The notes: a model not told the origin generated them from the sequence alone. Shown: positions 9,168 to 18,262, counted from the first letter of the stretch. The stretch: DNA of 64,000 nucleotides from Minisyncoccota bacterium (GCA_041659365.1 JBAZYH010000002.1:16065-80064), one strand, 5' to 3'. A program made the numbers and translations.

Positions 9168-9581
9168 ATGAAAATAATAAATGGTTTCAAGCAATTTATT
9201 CTTAGGGGTAATGTAGTTGACCTGGCAGTAGGTGTTGTAATAGGCGCGGCTTTTACTGGTTTTGTAAACGCTATCGTAAAAGATTTATTAACTCCTTTCA
9301 TTGGTGCGATTGCAAAAGTTCCAGATTTCTCTAGTTTGAAATTTACTATAAATGAAAGCCAGTTTCTTTATGGAGATTTTTTAAATGTTTTTATTTCTTT
9401 TGTGATTATTGCAGCAACTGTTTATTTTTGTGTCATATTACCAGTTAATACTTTAATAGCAAAAACAAAGAGAGAAGAAAAACAAGCCGAACCAACTACT
9501 AAAAAGTGTTCTGAGTGTTTAAGTGAGATTCCACTCGAGGCAAAGAGGTGTGCGTTCTGTGCAACGAGGATACAGGAATAA
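9168..9581 (+). CDS. mscL: large-conductance mechanosensitive channel MscL with a C-terminal Cys4 zinc ribbon
   Basis: N-terminal FKQFILRGNVVDLAVGVVIGAAF is the MscL signature. The C-terminus is CSECLSEIPLEAKRCAFC. Confidence 0.8.
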   Translation: MKIINGFKQFILRGNVVDLAVGVVIGAAFTGFVNAIVKDLLTPFIGAIAKVPDFSSLKFTINESQFLYGDFLNVFISFVIIAATVYFCVILPVNTLIAKTKREEKQAEPTTKKCSECLSEIPLEAKRCAFCATRIQE

Positions 9582-9622
9582 TAAATAGTAAAAAGTTTAA
9601 AGTTGAAAGTTTGTAAAGTAAT

Positions 9623-9672
9623 AAACAAAAGGGTGAATTTGCGAAGCAAATTCACCCTTTTGTTTATTTTTT
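9623..9672. terminator. rho-independent terminator after mscL
   Basis: aaacaaaagggtgaatttgc-gaag-caaattcacccttttgttt followed by a T-run. Confidence 0.6.
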
Positions 9673-9678
9673 TGTATT

Positions 9679-9714
9679 GTCATTACGAGCAAAGCGTAGT
9701 AATCCAGGTTAATT
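9679..9714. repeat. palindromic intergenic repeat, family 1 (GTCATTGCGAGG...CGCAATCCAGGTTA), variant copy
   Basis: gtcattacgagcaaagcgtagtaatccaggttaatt. The family recurs at least 14 times in intergenic spacers. Confidence 0.55.
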
Positions 9715-9731
9715 AATTTATGAGATATTTC

Positions 9732-9808
9732 TTTTCCCTAAAACATTTTTTACTAAAAAAGTTCGGGCTAGCCCGAGTGTACCCGTCGCCCTAGGGCGGA
9801 CAATCTAT
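9732..9808. repeat. triple-palindrome repeat, family 2 (CCCTAAAACATTTT..CGGGCTAGCCCG..TCGCCCTAGGGCGA)
   Basis: Three consecutive palindromes. An inverted copy lies at 13664..13738, so the two flank the 9.8-13.7 kb gene block. Confidence 0.6.
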
Positions 9809-10557
9809 TTTGTACTAGATTGTCTTTTCCAATTATCCATTATTACTGCAGTAGCGATGGCTACATTGAGCGATTCGGTTTCTCCAAAAGAGGGGATCGT
9901 AACTTTTTCTTTAATAATATCTTCTATTTCTTTACTTATACCTTTTGATTCATTTCCCATGACGAGTATTCCATTTTTAGGAAAATCTTTTTTGTGTACA
10001 TTTTCGCCGTTGAGGAATGCACCAAGTACAGGGAATTTTGTTCTTGATAAGAAATCTTTTAAGTCAGTATAGAAAATATTTACTCTAGTAAATGATCCCA
10101 TAGATGCAGAAATAACCTTTGGATTATAAAAGTCCGCAGTTTCTTTTGATGCGACAATTTTATTTACTCCATACCAGTCTGCAATACGGATTATTGTACC
10201 CAAGTTTCCTGGATCTTTTATTTCATCGAGTGCTATTACAATCTCATTATCTTTTGTATCAAATTCACTGTTTATCTTTTGTTTTGCGACCGCAAGCACT
10301 GAGTCATTTGTTTCGAAGGCACTAACCTTTTCTATTTCAAATTGACTTACTATTTCGTAGATTTTTGATTTATCTCTTATTTGTTCACCATATTTATCAA
10401 AGAATTCTGTGGTGGTAAGTAGTATTTCTATTTCAAAATCTGATTTTAATAGTTCTGATACACTTTTTGTTCCTTCAACTAGGAAAAGACCAAGTTCTGT
10501 GCGGTTTTTCTTTTCGTGTAGAGATTTTATGAGTTTTTGTTGGTTCTTTGTTAACAT
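9805..10557 (-). CDS. TrmH/SpoU-family RNA 2'-O-methyltransferase (RlmB-like)
   Basis: SpoU substrate-binding N-terminal domain plus GNLGTIIRIADWYGV and ILVMGNESKGIS motifs. Confidence 0.75.
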   Translation of the reverse strand: MLTKNQQKLIKSLHEKKNRTELGLFLVEGTKSVSELLKSDFEIEILLTTTEFFDKYGEQIRDKSKIYEIVSQFEIEKVSAFETNDSVLAVAKQKINSEFDTKDNEIVIALDEIKDPGNLGTIIRIADWYGVNKIVASKETADFYNPKVISASMGSFTRVNIFYTDLKDFLSRTKFPVLGAFLNGENVHKKDFPKNGILVMGNESKGISKEIEDIIKEKVTIPSFGETESLNVAIATAVIMDNWKRQSSTK

Positions 10558-10587
10558 GGGGAAATCATAACATATATTATTATTTTA

Positions 10588-10706
10588 ATTAACCTGGATT
10601 GCTACGAGTGATTACACTCTCGCAATGACGGAGGAGGAGGTTTTGCTTTGCAAAATCTCCTCCTCCGTCATTGCGAGGAAAGAAGTGACGTGGCAATCCA
10701 GGTTTA
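10588..10706. repeat. family 1 repeats: inverted pair flanking a GGAGGAGGAGG hairpin
   Basis: aacctggattgc...ctcgcaatgac (10588-10629), then the hairpin ggaggaggaggttttgc-tttg-caaaatctcctcctcc, then gtcattgcgagg...caatccaggttt (10667-10706). Confidence 0.6.
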
Positions 10707-10745
10707 GTTACTGGATTTTTGTAGAAATTAATATAATATCAAGTT

Positions 10746-11189
10746 ATGAAAATACTTTTTATTACAGTCGGAAAACAAAATGATTCTAGTTTATCAGAAG
10801 CCGTAACTGACTATACAAAACGCATAAATAATTATTTTAAAACTGAATGGAAGATAATTCCGTCATCGGATATTAAAAAGGAGAGCGAGAATATTTTGAA
10901 GGGTATAGAATCTGATGATTATTTGATAGTTCTAGATGAAAGGGGAAAAGAACTTAGTACAATTGAGCTAGCTGATTTTATAGAAAAAAGAATGATAGCT
11001 AGTGATAAGAGAATTGTCTTTGTAATAGGTGGAGCTTATGGGGTAGATGAAGAAGTTTTACAGAGGGCAAATTTTAAATGGTCTTTATCTAAACTTGTAT
11101 TTCCTCATCAAATTGTAAGACTTATTCTTTCTGAGACTATTTATAGGGCTATAACGGTTATTAAAAACGAGCCGTATCATCATCAGTAG
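10746..11189 (+). CDS. rlmH: 23S rRNA (pseudouridine1915-N3)-methyltransferase RlmH
   Basis: SPOUT family YbeA-like: length about 150 aa, VFVIGGAYGVDEEV motif. Confidence 0.75.
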   Translation: MKILFITVGKQNDSSLSEAVTDYTKRINNYFKTEWKIIPSSDIKKESENILKGIESDDYLIVLDERGKELSTIELADFIEKRMIASDKRIVFVIGGAYGVDEEVLQRANFKWSLSKLVFPHQIVRLILSETIYRAITVIKNEPYHHQ

Positions 11190-11271
11190 TAAAAAGTAAA
11201 AAGTTCATAAGGTTTGTAAAGTATAAGAAAATGCTATAATTATATTGTTAATAGAATAATCAAATAAAAAA

Positions 11272-11655
11272 ATGAAAGGATTTGTAAAAAATATTGAAAA
11301 AGAAACTTTGGAAAATAATAATTTTAGAAAAGTTCTTTATACCTCAACTTATGGGCAAGTTGTTGTTATGTCACTTTTGCCAAATGAAGATATTGATATG
11401 GAAGTACATGAAGACACAGATCAATTTTTCCGAGTTGATAGTGGAGAAGGTAAAGTAATAATTGATGGTGAAGAGTCAATAATATCAGATGGATTTGCTG
11501 TGGTTGTACCAGCAGGATCACAACACAATGTAGTAAATACTTCATCTGATAAATCTCTTAAGCTTTATACTATTTATATGCCACCACATCATAAGGATGG
11601 AGTAGTTCATGCGACAAAGGCTGAAGCGGAGGCTGATACAGAAGATCATTTATAA
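11272..11655 (+). CDS. cupin-domain protein
   Basis: Small beta-barrel protein with His motifs (HEDTD...H) typical of cupins. Confidence 0.5.
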   Translation: MKGFVKNIEKETLENNNFRKVLYTSTYGQVVVMSLLPNEDIDMEVHEDTDQFFRVDSGEGKVIIDGEESIISDGFAVVVPAGSQHNVVNTSSDKSLKLYTIYMPPHHKDGVVHATKAEAEADTEDHL

Positions 11656-11731
11656 AAAAACAAAAGAAAAGCGAAGCTCACCATGGTGAGCTTCGCTTTT
11701 CTTTTGTGTGTTTTTTGTGTAATCTTTCTTT

Positions 11732-12292
11732 ATGGATCAAAAATATATAGATATACTTAAAAATAATGGGGTAGGGGTTATTCCAACAGATACTATTTAT
11801 GGTATTGCATGTTCTGTTTTTAATAAAGACGCATTAGATAGAATTTTTGAAATAAAAGGAAGGGATGAGAATAAACCTCCAGTGGTAATAATAAGTGATA
11901 TTAAAGAATTAGATATTTTTGGAATTAAACTTATAGATAAAGTAAAAAAATTTATAGATAAATACTGGCCAGGGAAAGTTAGTATTATATTTCAGATTTC
12001 TGCAGAATATAGTTATTTAGATAAGGGGAGAGGATTGGCAATAAGACTTGTTAATGATCCTAAAATAAAAGTTTTTCTTGAGAAAACTGGGCCACTCGCT
12101 ACTTCAAGTGCAAATACTCAAGGTTTACTACCTGCAAAAAATATAGAAGAGGCTAAAAAATATTTTGGTGAAAAAGTAGATTTTTATTATGATATTGGTG
12201 AGTTAGTTTCTGAACCATCAACTTTAGTAAAAATAGATGGAGATAAGATTGAAGTGTTGAGGCAGGGAGTGGTGAAGACAGAAGAGTTTTAA
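11732..12292 (+). CDS. tsaC: L-threonylcarbamoyladenylate synthase (TsaC/YrdC family)
   Basis: YrdC-domain motifs IPTDTIYGIAC, ...KGRDENKP..., SSANTQG. Confidence 0.75.
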   Translation: MDQKYIDILKNNGVGVIPTDTIYGIACSVFNKDALDRIFEIKGRDENKPPVVIISDIKELDIFGIKLIDKVKKFIDKYWPGKVSIIFQISAEYSYLDKGRGLAIRLVNDPKIKVFLEKTGPLATSSANTQGLLPAKNIEEAKKYFGEKVDFYYDIGELVSEPSTLVKIDGDKIEVLRQGVVKTEEF

Positions 12293-12317
12293 GGTTATAG
12301 TTTCTAGGTTTAAGTAA

Positions 12318-12362
12318 ACACACAAGACGAATTTTGCTTCGCAAAATTCGTCTTGTGTGTTT
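12318..12362. terminator. bidirectional rho-independent terminator (tsaC / GNAT convergent pair)
   Basis: acacacaagacgaattttgc-ttcg-caaaattcgtcttgtgtgt: a perfect 20-bp stem. Confidence 0.6.
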
Positions 12363-12379
12363 AAGTATTTATTGAGTGT

Positions 12380-12420
12380 CTTTGCGAGGAAGTACTCTGA
12401 CGTCGCAATCCAGGTTAATT
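12380..12420. repeat. family 1 palindromic repeat copy
   Basis: ctttgcgaggaagtactctgacgtcgcaatccaggttaatt. Confidence 0.55.
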
Positions 12421-12903
12421 TTATTTAATCAAAGTCTTTTCTAGAGTGATATTTATTTCCTCAGCTCCACGTTTTTTATAGAACTCTATTGCTTCTATAT
12501 TTTTGGCAGAAGCGACGAAACGAATTGTTTGTATTTTTTTATCATTGCACCAAGATTCAAATTGTTGAATTAATTTGCTACCGATACCTTGTTTTCTAGA
12601 ATTTTCATCAATATACATATTTTCTGCTTCCGCTATTGAAGTTATTGTTCTGTAATCTTCATTTGTGATGATTGAACCTATAAAATAGCCAGCAACTTTT
12701 TCGTCCTTTTTTGCGATAAGAACTAAAGAATTGTCAGATTCTATTCTTGATTTAAAATAATTCTCACCTTCTTTTGTAAAAGGGTAGTCTGTGTTTATTG
12801 TTTGATCATATTCTTTGTTTTCTTTCAGACAAAGTTCGTAATTAAAATTTTGAATTGATTTTAGATCAGCCAGATTTGCTTTTCTTATTGTAATATTTTC
12901 CAT
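12421..12903 (-). CDS. GNAT family N-acetyltransferase
   Basis: Acetyl-CoA binding motif RKQGIGSKLI... Confidence 0.65.
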   Translation of the reverse strand: MENITIRKANLADLKSIQNFNYELCLKENKEYDQTINTDYPFTKEGENYFKSRIESDNSLVLIAKKDEKVAGYFIGSIITNEDYRTITSIAEAENMYIDENSRKQGIGSKLIQQFESWCNDKKIQTIRFVASAKNIEAIEFYKKRGAEEINITLEKTLIK

Positions 12904-12947
12904 AAAGTAATTATATCAAGAATTAACAATATGTTATAATTTCTCTT

Positions 12948-13661
12948 ATGAATAATAAAACAATTATTTTTACAGATGGATCTTCAAGGGGAAATCCTGG
13001 TCCTGGCGGATGGGGAGCTATCGTGGCTACATCTGACGGAAAAGTAAAAGAACTTGGTGGTGGAGAAAAACATACAACAAATAATAGAATGGAGCTTATG
13101 GGGGCAATTTCTGCTCTTTCTATTTTAGATAATAATGACAGTATAATTTTAAATACCGACTCTTCTTATGTAATAAATGGAATTACAAAATGGGTTTATG
13201 GTTGGCAGAAAAATGGATGGAAAAACTCTATGAAAGAAGATGTTGTAAATAGAGATTTGTGGGAAAAACTTATAGAAGTTTCAAAAGATAAAGATATTAA
13301 GTGGAATTATGTTGGTGGACATGTTGGAATACCTGGTAACGAAAGATGTGATGAAATAGCTACAATGTTTGCCGATGGTAAAAGGATAGAATTATTTCAT
13401 GGTAAAAAAACTGATTATGAAGTTGATCTGTTAAACACGGCGGGTGATGGAGAGAAGAAAAAAACAAAAAAGAAAAGTGGTGCTACTGCATATTCATATT
13501 TAAGTTTAGTAGAAGGTAAATTACAAAAACATAAAACTTGGCCAGAATGTGAAAAGAGGGTTAAAGGAGTAAAAGGAAATGTTAAATTTAAAAAATCGGT
13601 AAGTGAGGAGGATGAGAAGGAAATAATGAGGGAGTGGCTAAATCAATCTACCTCAAAGTAG
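12948..13661 (+). CDS. rnhA: ribonuclease HI with a Lys-rich C-terminal extension
   Basis: IFTDGSSRGNPGPGGWGAIV, NNRMEL, DSSYVINGITKWVYGWQKNGWK are RNase H catalytic motifs. Confidence 0.8.
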   Translation: MNNKTIIFTDGSSRGNPGPGGWGAIVATSDGKVKELGGGEKHTTNNRMELMGAISALSILDNNDSIILNTDSSYVINGITKWVYGWQKNGWKNSMKEDVVNRDLWEKLIEVSKDKDIKWNYVGGHVGIPGNERCDEIATMFADGKRIELFHGKKTDYEVDLLNTAGDGEKKKTKKKSGATAYSYLSLVEGKLQKHKTWPECEKRVKGVKGNVKFKKSVSEEDEKEIMREWLNQSTSK

Positions 13662-13663
13662 AT

Positions 13664-13738
13664 TGATCGCCCTAGGGCGATGGGTACACCCGGGCTAGCC
13701 CGAACATTTTTAGTAAAAAATGTTTTAGGGGGAATAAA
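13664..13738. repeat. family 2 triple-palindrome repeat, inverted copy of 9732..9808
   Basis: gatcgccctagggcgatgggtacacccgggctagcccgaacatttttagtaaaaaatgttttaggggg is the reverse complement of the 9.73 kb copy. Confidence 0.6.
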
Positions 13739-13815
13739 ATAATAGGTTATAGTTTTTAGGTGTTAGGTTTTAGAAAAACAGAAGCTCATCATGGTGAGTT
13801 TCTGTTTTGTTTTGT

Positions 13816-13987
13816 GTCATTGCGAGGTGAGTGTTGGGATGGGGACCCAACATGCAAGACTCATTGAGAGCTTTTGTAATCAAAAGGTCCAATGAGTGGA
13901 CAGTCTCTGTAAGAGAATCCGTCGCAATCCAGGTTAATTAATTAAAAAAACCTGGATTACTACGTCGGATTACCTTCTCGTAATGAC
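13816..13987. repeat. family 1 repeat cluster: one copy split by a 95-nt GC-richer insert, plus an inverted copy
   Basis: gtcattgcgagg (13816-13827) ... cgcaatccaggttaatt (13923-13939), then the inverted copy aacctggattactacg...ctcgtaatgac (13949-13987). Confidence 0.5.
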
Positions 13988-14026
13988 ACAACGCAAAAGA
14001 ATAAAATTTTTTTATGTTAAACTACT

Positions 14027-15544
14027 TTGGTGATAAAAGATTTTGAACTATTGATTTCTATTTTTGGATTTGTTTTGGCGATTTTTATTTCTTCTTTTTT
14101 AAAAATTGGTTTTTCTTTTTTCTTGTTTTTAATTTTAATTTCAATTGTATTTTTTATTTATCAAAAATTTATTTGTAATGATGAATTTGATAAAAAAAAT
14201 ATTTTAATAATATCACTTTTTATATTTTCTTTTGCACTAGGAATACTCAGATATGAAATAAAAGATTCTTATATATTAGATTCTAACTTAGAAAATAATT
14301 TAAATAAGAAACTTACAGTCGAAGGAATAATTTTTGATGAGCCTGTTGTGAAAGATGATGGGGCGACTTTAATAGTTGATTTTAAAAATATAATACTTGC
14401 GAGTTCAAGTGCAGCTGTCTCCGGAAGAGGAATTATAAAAACAGATACTTATCCAGAATTTAAATATGGTGACTTAGTAAAGGTTACAGGTAAACTTGAG
14501 AAGCCAGAAAATTATTCTTCTACAAGTTCAGAAAGATTCTTTGATTATGTTTCTTATCTTGGTAAAGATAATATTTTTTATAAAATAGATTTTGCAAAAG
14601 CAGAGTTTGTTTCTTCGGGCCATGGTAATTTTATAAAATCATTTTTATTTAAAATTAAAAATAGTTTTATTGGAAATATTAATCGTGTAATATCCGAACC
14701 ACAATCCTCACTTCTTTCTGGTATTTTGCTCGGATCAAGAAACTCGATAGATGAAAAAACTTCTGAAACATTTCGTATTGCGGGACTTTCACATTTGATT
14801 GCACTCTCCGGATATAATATAACTATAGTTTCAGAAGCTATTATGAAAATGTTTTCTTTTCTTCCGAGAAACTTTGGACTATCTGGTGGTGTACTTGGAG
14901 TGATACTTTTTGTCTTGATGTCCGGGTCTTCTTCTACAGCCGTTCGAGCAGGTATAATGTCGCTTGTTGTTATACTTGCAAATGTTACACGAAGAAAATA
15001 TCAGGTTACTAGAGCTTTAATATTTGCCGCACTTTTAATGATAATTATAAATCCAAAGATTCTTGTATTTGATATATCTTTTCAACTTTCCTTTTTGGCT
15101 ACTGTTGCCATTATTTATGTTTCACCGATTCTAAAAGAAAAATTTCACTTTGTTACAGAGAGGTTTAAATTGAGAGAAACTGTTTCATCTACTATATCTG
15201 CACAGATTTTAGTTCTTCCATTAATAATATATAAGATGGGTTTAGTTTCTATAGTTTCATTACCTGTAAACGTTTTAGTTTTAACTTTTATACCCACAAT
15301 AATGCTTCTTGGTTTTCTTACGGGGCTTTTTGGTTATGTATGGATTATTTTATCTATTCCGTTTGCTTGGGTAACTTGGTTTTTACTTAGTTATATTATA
15401 GAAGTTTCAGAATTTTTTGCTGGGCTACCTTTTTCACATACAGAAATTAATTTTTTCCCAGTGGTGTTTTTGGTCGTTTCATATGTGATTATTATTTTTT
15501 GGATTTTGTATGAACAAAATAAAATTAATAAAAAAGAAAAATAA
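14027..15544 (+). CDS. comEC: ComEC/Rec2 competence channel, N-terminal membrane (competence) domain only
   Basis: Polytopic membrane protein with the Competence-domain motif SGILLGSRNSIDEKTSETFRIAGLSHLIALSGYNIT. It lacks the MBL domain, which is encoded separately at 16006..16866. Confidence 0.75.
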   Translation: MVIKDFELLISIFGFVLAIFISSFLKIGFSFFLFLILISIVFFIYQKFICNDEFDKKNILIISLFIFSFALGILRYEIKDSYILDSNLENNLNKKLTVEGIIFDEPVVKDDGATLIVDFKNIILASSSAAVSGRGIIKTDTYPEFKYGDLVKVTGKLEKPENYSSTSSERFFDYVSYLGKDNIFYKIDFAKAEFVSSGHGNFIKSFLFKIKNSFIGNINRVISEPQSSLLSGILLGSRNSIDEKTSETFRIAGLSHLIALSGYNITIVSEAIMKMFSFLPRNFGLSGGVLGVILFVLMSGSSSTAVRAGIMSLVVILANVTRRKYQVTRALIFAALLMIIINPKILVFDISFQLSFLATVAIIYVSPILKEKFHFVTERFKLRETVSSTISAQILVLPLIIYKMGLVSIVSLPVNVLVLTFIPTIMLLGFLTGLFGYVWIILSIPFAWVTWFLLSYIIEVSEFFAGLPFSHTEINFFPVVFLVVSYVIIIFWILYEQNKINKKEK

Positions 15545-15559
15545 AATTAATTTATTTTT

Positions 15560-15593
15560 GTCATTGCGAGGTAATCCATCGCAATCCAGGTTA
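15560..15593. repeat. family 1 palindromic repeat (short form)
   Basis: gtcattgcgaggtaatccatcgcaatccaggtta. Confidence 0.55.
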
Positions 15594-15604
15594 TAATAAA
15601 ATTA

Positions 15605-15892
15605 ATGGAAAAAATACCTTGTGTATATATACTTGCAAACAAAAGAAACGGAACTACTTATATTGGTGTAACTAGTAATTTAAAAAGAAGGATTTTTGAA
15701 CATAAAAATAATTTAGTGGATGGTTTTACAAAAAGATATAAAATTCACAATCTAGTTTATTATGAGACAGGAGATTCTATGGAAGGTGCGATAGAAAGAG
15801 AGAAACAAATTAAAAATTATTCAAGAGAAAAGAAAATATTATTGATTGAAGAGAATAATTCAGAGTGGAAAGATTTATCTTCTGAATTGTAG
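15605..15892 (+). CDS. GIY-YIG family nuclease
   Basis: CVYILANKRNGTTYIGVTSNLKRRIFEH is the GIY-YIG motif. It is inserted between the two ComEC halves. Confidence 0.7.
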   Translation: MEKIPCVYILANKRNGTTYIGVTSNLKRRIFEHKNNLVDGFTKRYKIHNLVYYETGDSMEGAIEREKQIKNYSREKKILLIEENNSEWKDLSSEL

Positions 15893-15984
15893 AACCTAGA
15901 TTACTACGCTATCGCTCGTAATGACAATACAAATTAATTGCACGTCATTGCGAGGAAGTACTCTGACGTCGCAATCCAGGTTAT
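15893..15984. repeat. family 1 repeats, inverted pair
   Basis: aacctagattactacg...ctcgtaatgac then gtcattgcgaggaagtactctgacgtcgcaatccaggtta. Confidence 0.55.
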
Positions 15985-16005
15985 AATGAGATTAAATTTT
16001 CTAAT

Positions 16006-16866
16006 GTGATGAAACTAAATAAAAACATAAAATTATATTCCTTACTTTTTCTTATAATTATTAATATAATTATTTTTTATGCTGTATCTTTTGGTGACCA
16101 CAAAGGATTATTAAAAGTTACTTTTTTAGATGTTGGGCAAGGTGATTCTGTTTTTATAGAATCACCAGATGGAAATCAAATACTTATAGATAGTGGAGCA
16201 AACAAAAATATTTCAAATGTTTTATCTAGAGTAATGCCTTTTTATGATAGATCCATCGATGTACTAATTGCTACTCATCCAGATCAAGACCATATTGGTG
16301 GTTTTCCAGAGATTTTAAAAAGATATAAAGTTGGTAGATATTTTGATGATGGACTTGTAGGTGAGACAGCAACTTTCAAAGAAATCTCTTATAAACTTGT
16401 AGATGAAAAAATTAATGAGGAACGATTGATAAAAAATGAAATCCTAGATTTAGGAGATGGGGTATTTTTAAAAATATTTTATCCAAGTATAGAACTAGAA
16501 GGTAGTGATACAAATAAAAATTCTGTAGTAACGAAACTTATTTATGGTGATTCGAATATTTTACTTACTGGAGATATACCAACTGATGTAGAAAAATATT
16601 TAGCCATGACTGAGGGGAAAGAATTGAAAAGTGATATTTTGAAAGTTGCACACCATGGTTCTAGGAATTCTCTTTCAGAAGAATTCTTCTCCGCGGTTTC
16701 TCCTGAGTATTCAATAATTTCTGCTTCTAAAGATAATAGTTTTGGACATCCTCACAAAGAAATAATAGATGCTTTAAATAATATTGGTACAAATATTTTG
16801 AGGACTTATGAAATGGGGGATATAACTTTTGTTTCGGACGGGAATAAGTTTATATTAAAAAAATAA
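16006..16866 (+). CDS. ComEC C-terminal metallo-beta-lactamase domain protein
   Basis: N-terminal TM anchor, then LDVGQGDS...IDSG...THPDQDHIGG, the MBL HxHxDH motif typical of the ComEC nuclease domain. Confidence 0.7.
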   Translation: MMKLNKNIKLYSLLFLIIINIIIFYAVSFGDHKGLLKVTFLDVGQGDSVFIESPDGNQILIDSGANKNISNVLSRVMPFYDRSIDVLIATHPDQDHIGGFPEILKRYKVGRYFDDGLVGETATFKEISYKLVDEKINEERLIKNEILDLGDGVFLKIFYPSIELEGSDTNKNSVVTKLIYGDSNILLTGDIPTDVEKYLAMTEGKELKSDILKVAHHGSRNSLSEEFFSAVSPEYSIISASKDNSFGHPHKEIIDALNNIGTNILRTYEMGDITFVSDGNKFILKK

Positions 16867-16890
16867 CCCACTTTCGTGGATTATTTTTTT
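16861..16890. repeat. 30-nt terminator-like direct repeat (aataacccactttcgtggattattttttt), copy 1
   Basis: Hairpin aataacccac-tttc-gtggattatt plus a T-run. An identical copy lies at 17141..17170, so the two flank the gene 16889..17098. Confidence 0.5.
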
Positions 16891-17098
16891 AATCATTCCT
16901 CTTAAAACTTTTTGTTCTTTTGGGGGGATTTTTTATATTTGCATTATGTTCATTTATAGCATCTTTTAGTTCTAATTTTGCCCTTAAAAAAGGGTCATTC
17001 TCTGTCTTTGCTTCCATTATTTTTTCAGCACGTTCTTCTTTTGTTACCGGCTTTACTTCAGAAGGTCCACTTTCTTGTCCTATAAATATTCTTTCCAT
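16889..17098 (-). CDS. hypothetical small protein
   Basis: 69-aa ORF between two identical terminator-like repeats. No recognisable motif. Confidence 0.3.
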   Translation of the reverse strand: MERIFIGQESGPSEVKPVTKEERAEKIMEAKTENDPFLRAKLELKDAINEHNANIKNPPKRTKSFKRND

Positions 17099-17140
17099 AT
17101 GTAAATTGTATTCTTACTAGTATGATTGTCAAACTAAAAA

Positions 17141-17170
17141 AATAACCCACTTTCGTGGATTATTTTTTTT
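17141..17170. repeat. 30-nt terminator-like direct repeat, copy 2
   Basis: aataacccactttcgtggattatttttttt. Confidence 0.5.
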
Positions 17171-17209
17171 GTATTTCTTTTTACTTTACAAACTTTATGA
17201 ACTTTTAAC

Positions 17210-17455
17210 TTATTTAATGAGTCCCGCTTTCTTCAAAGTTACAAATGCACCGTTCTTTTGTATTGTCTTAAGTGCTCTTGTAGAAATCTTTAGGATAAAA
17301 GTCTTTTTTAATTCAGGAACGTAGATTCTCTTTTTCTGTAAGTTTATATGTTTTCTAACTTTTCCAGTAGGGTTATATTGAGTAGCACGAGTAGCGTTAC
17401 TGTAGCCACCACCCATTATTGAACCTCTTTTTGTTATTGGACAGATTTTTGCCAT
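17210..17455 (-). CDS. rpmB: 50S ribosomal protein L28
   Basis: MAKICPITKRGSIMGGGYSNATRATQYNP...FILKISTRALKTIQKNG is bL28-like. Confidence 0.7.
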   Translation of the reverse strand: MAKICPITKRGSIMGGGYSNATRATQYNPTGKVRKHINLQKKRIYVPELKKTFILKISTRALKTIQKNGAFVTLKKAGLIK

Positions 17456-17527
17456 TGGTTTATTTTTAAATTAAGTCTCAACATGCTATCATATAAAAGT
17501 TAGCTTTGCAAGATATATAATAAAAAA

Positions 17528-18142
17528 ATGGATTCAAACATAATTTTTCAAATAATCATTTTAATTTTCTCTGTCATAATACATGAAGTTTCTCATGGTG
17601 CTATGGCTTTGGCTTTTGGAGACAGGACCGCTCAATACGAGGGGAGGCTTACTTTAAATCCAATAAAACACATAGACATTTTCGGTTCTATTATATTGCC
17701 ATTTTTACTTTTTATTAGTCATGCTGGTTTTATGATCGGTTGGGCAAAACCAGTGCCTTACAACCCTTATAATCTTAGAAATCCTAAAATAGCTGAGCCT
17801 CTAGTCTCTTTTGCTGGGCCATTATCAAATATAATGGTGGCTGTAATATTCGGGTTAATAATTCGCTTTGTATTGGTATTAAACCCTAGTTTGGTTAGTT
17901 TAGTTACTGTTTTTAGCTATGTTGTCATAATAAACATTAGTTTGGCTATTTTTAACCTAGTCCCTATACCACCACTTGATGGTTCAAAGATACTTTTTTC
18001 AATGTTTCCAAATCGATTCGCCTTTTCTGAAGCTTGGGCAAAATATGGTATTTTTATAATAATTCTTTTACTTACGTTCATATCTAGTATTATTTCTCCT
18101 ATAATCTTTTGGTTGTTTAGGTTGATAACTGGGTTAAATTAA
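17528..18142 (+). CDS. site-2 protease family (M50) zinc metallopeptidase
   Basis: HEVSHGAMA (HExxH) in TM1, LTLNPIKHID, polytopic. COG1994-like. Confidence 0.65.
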   Translation: MDSNIIFQIIILIFSVIIHEVSHGAMALAFGDRTAQYEGRLTLNPIKHIDIFGSIILPFLLFISHAGFMIGWAKPVPYNPYNLRNPKIAEPLVSFAGPLSNIMVAVIFGLIIRFVLVLNPSLVSLVTVFSYVVIINISLAIFNLVPIPPLDGSKILFSMFPNRFAFSEAWAKYGIFIIILLLTFISSIISPIIFWLFRLITGLN

Positions 18143-18262
18143 GGATATTCTATTGTTTTGAGGTGTTTTTACTATTGACAAATAATATAAAAGGTGTATT
18201 ATTATATATAAGATAGTTCTTTTATAAATTACTTGTATATAAGTTCGAAAATAGCGAAAAAC

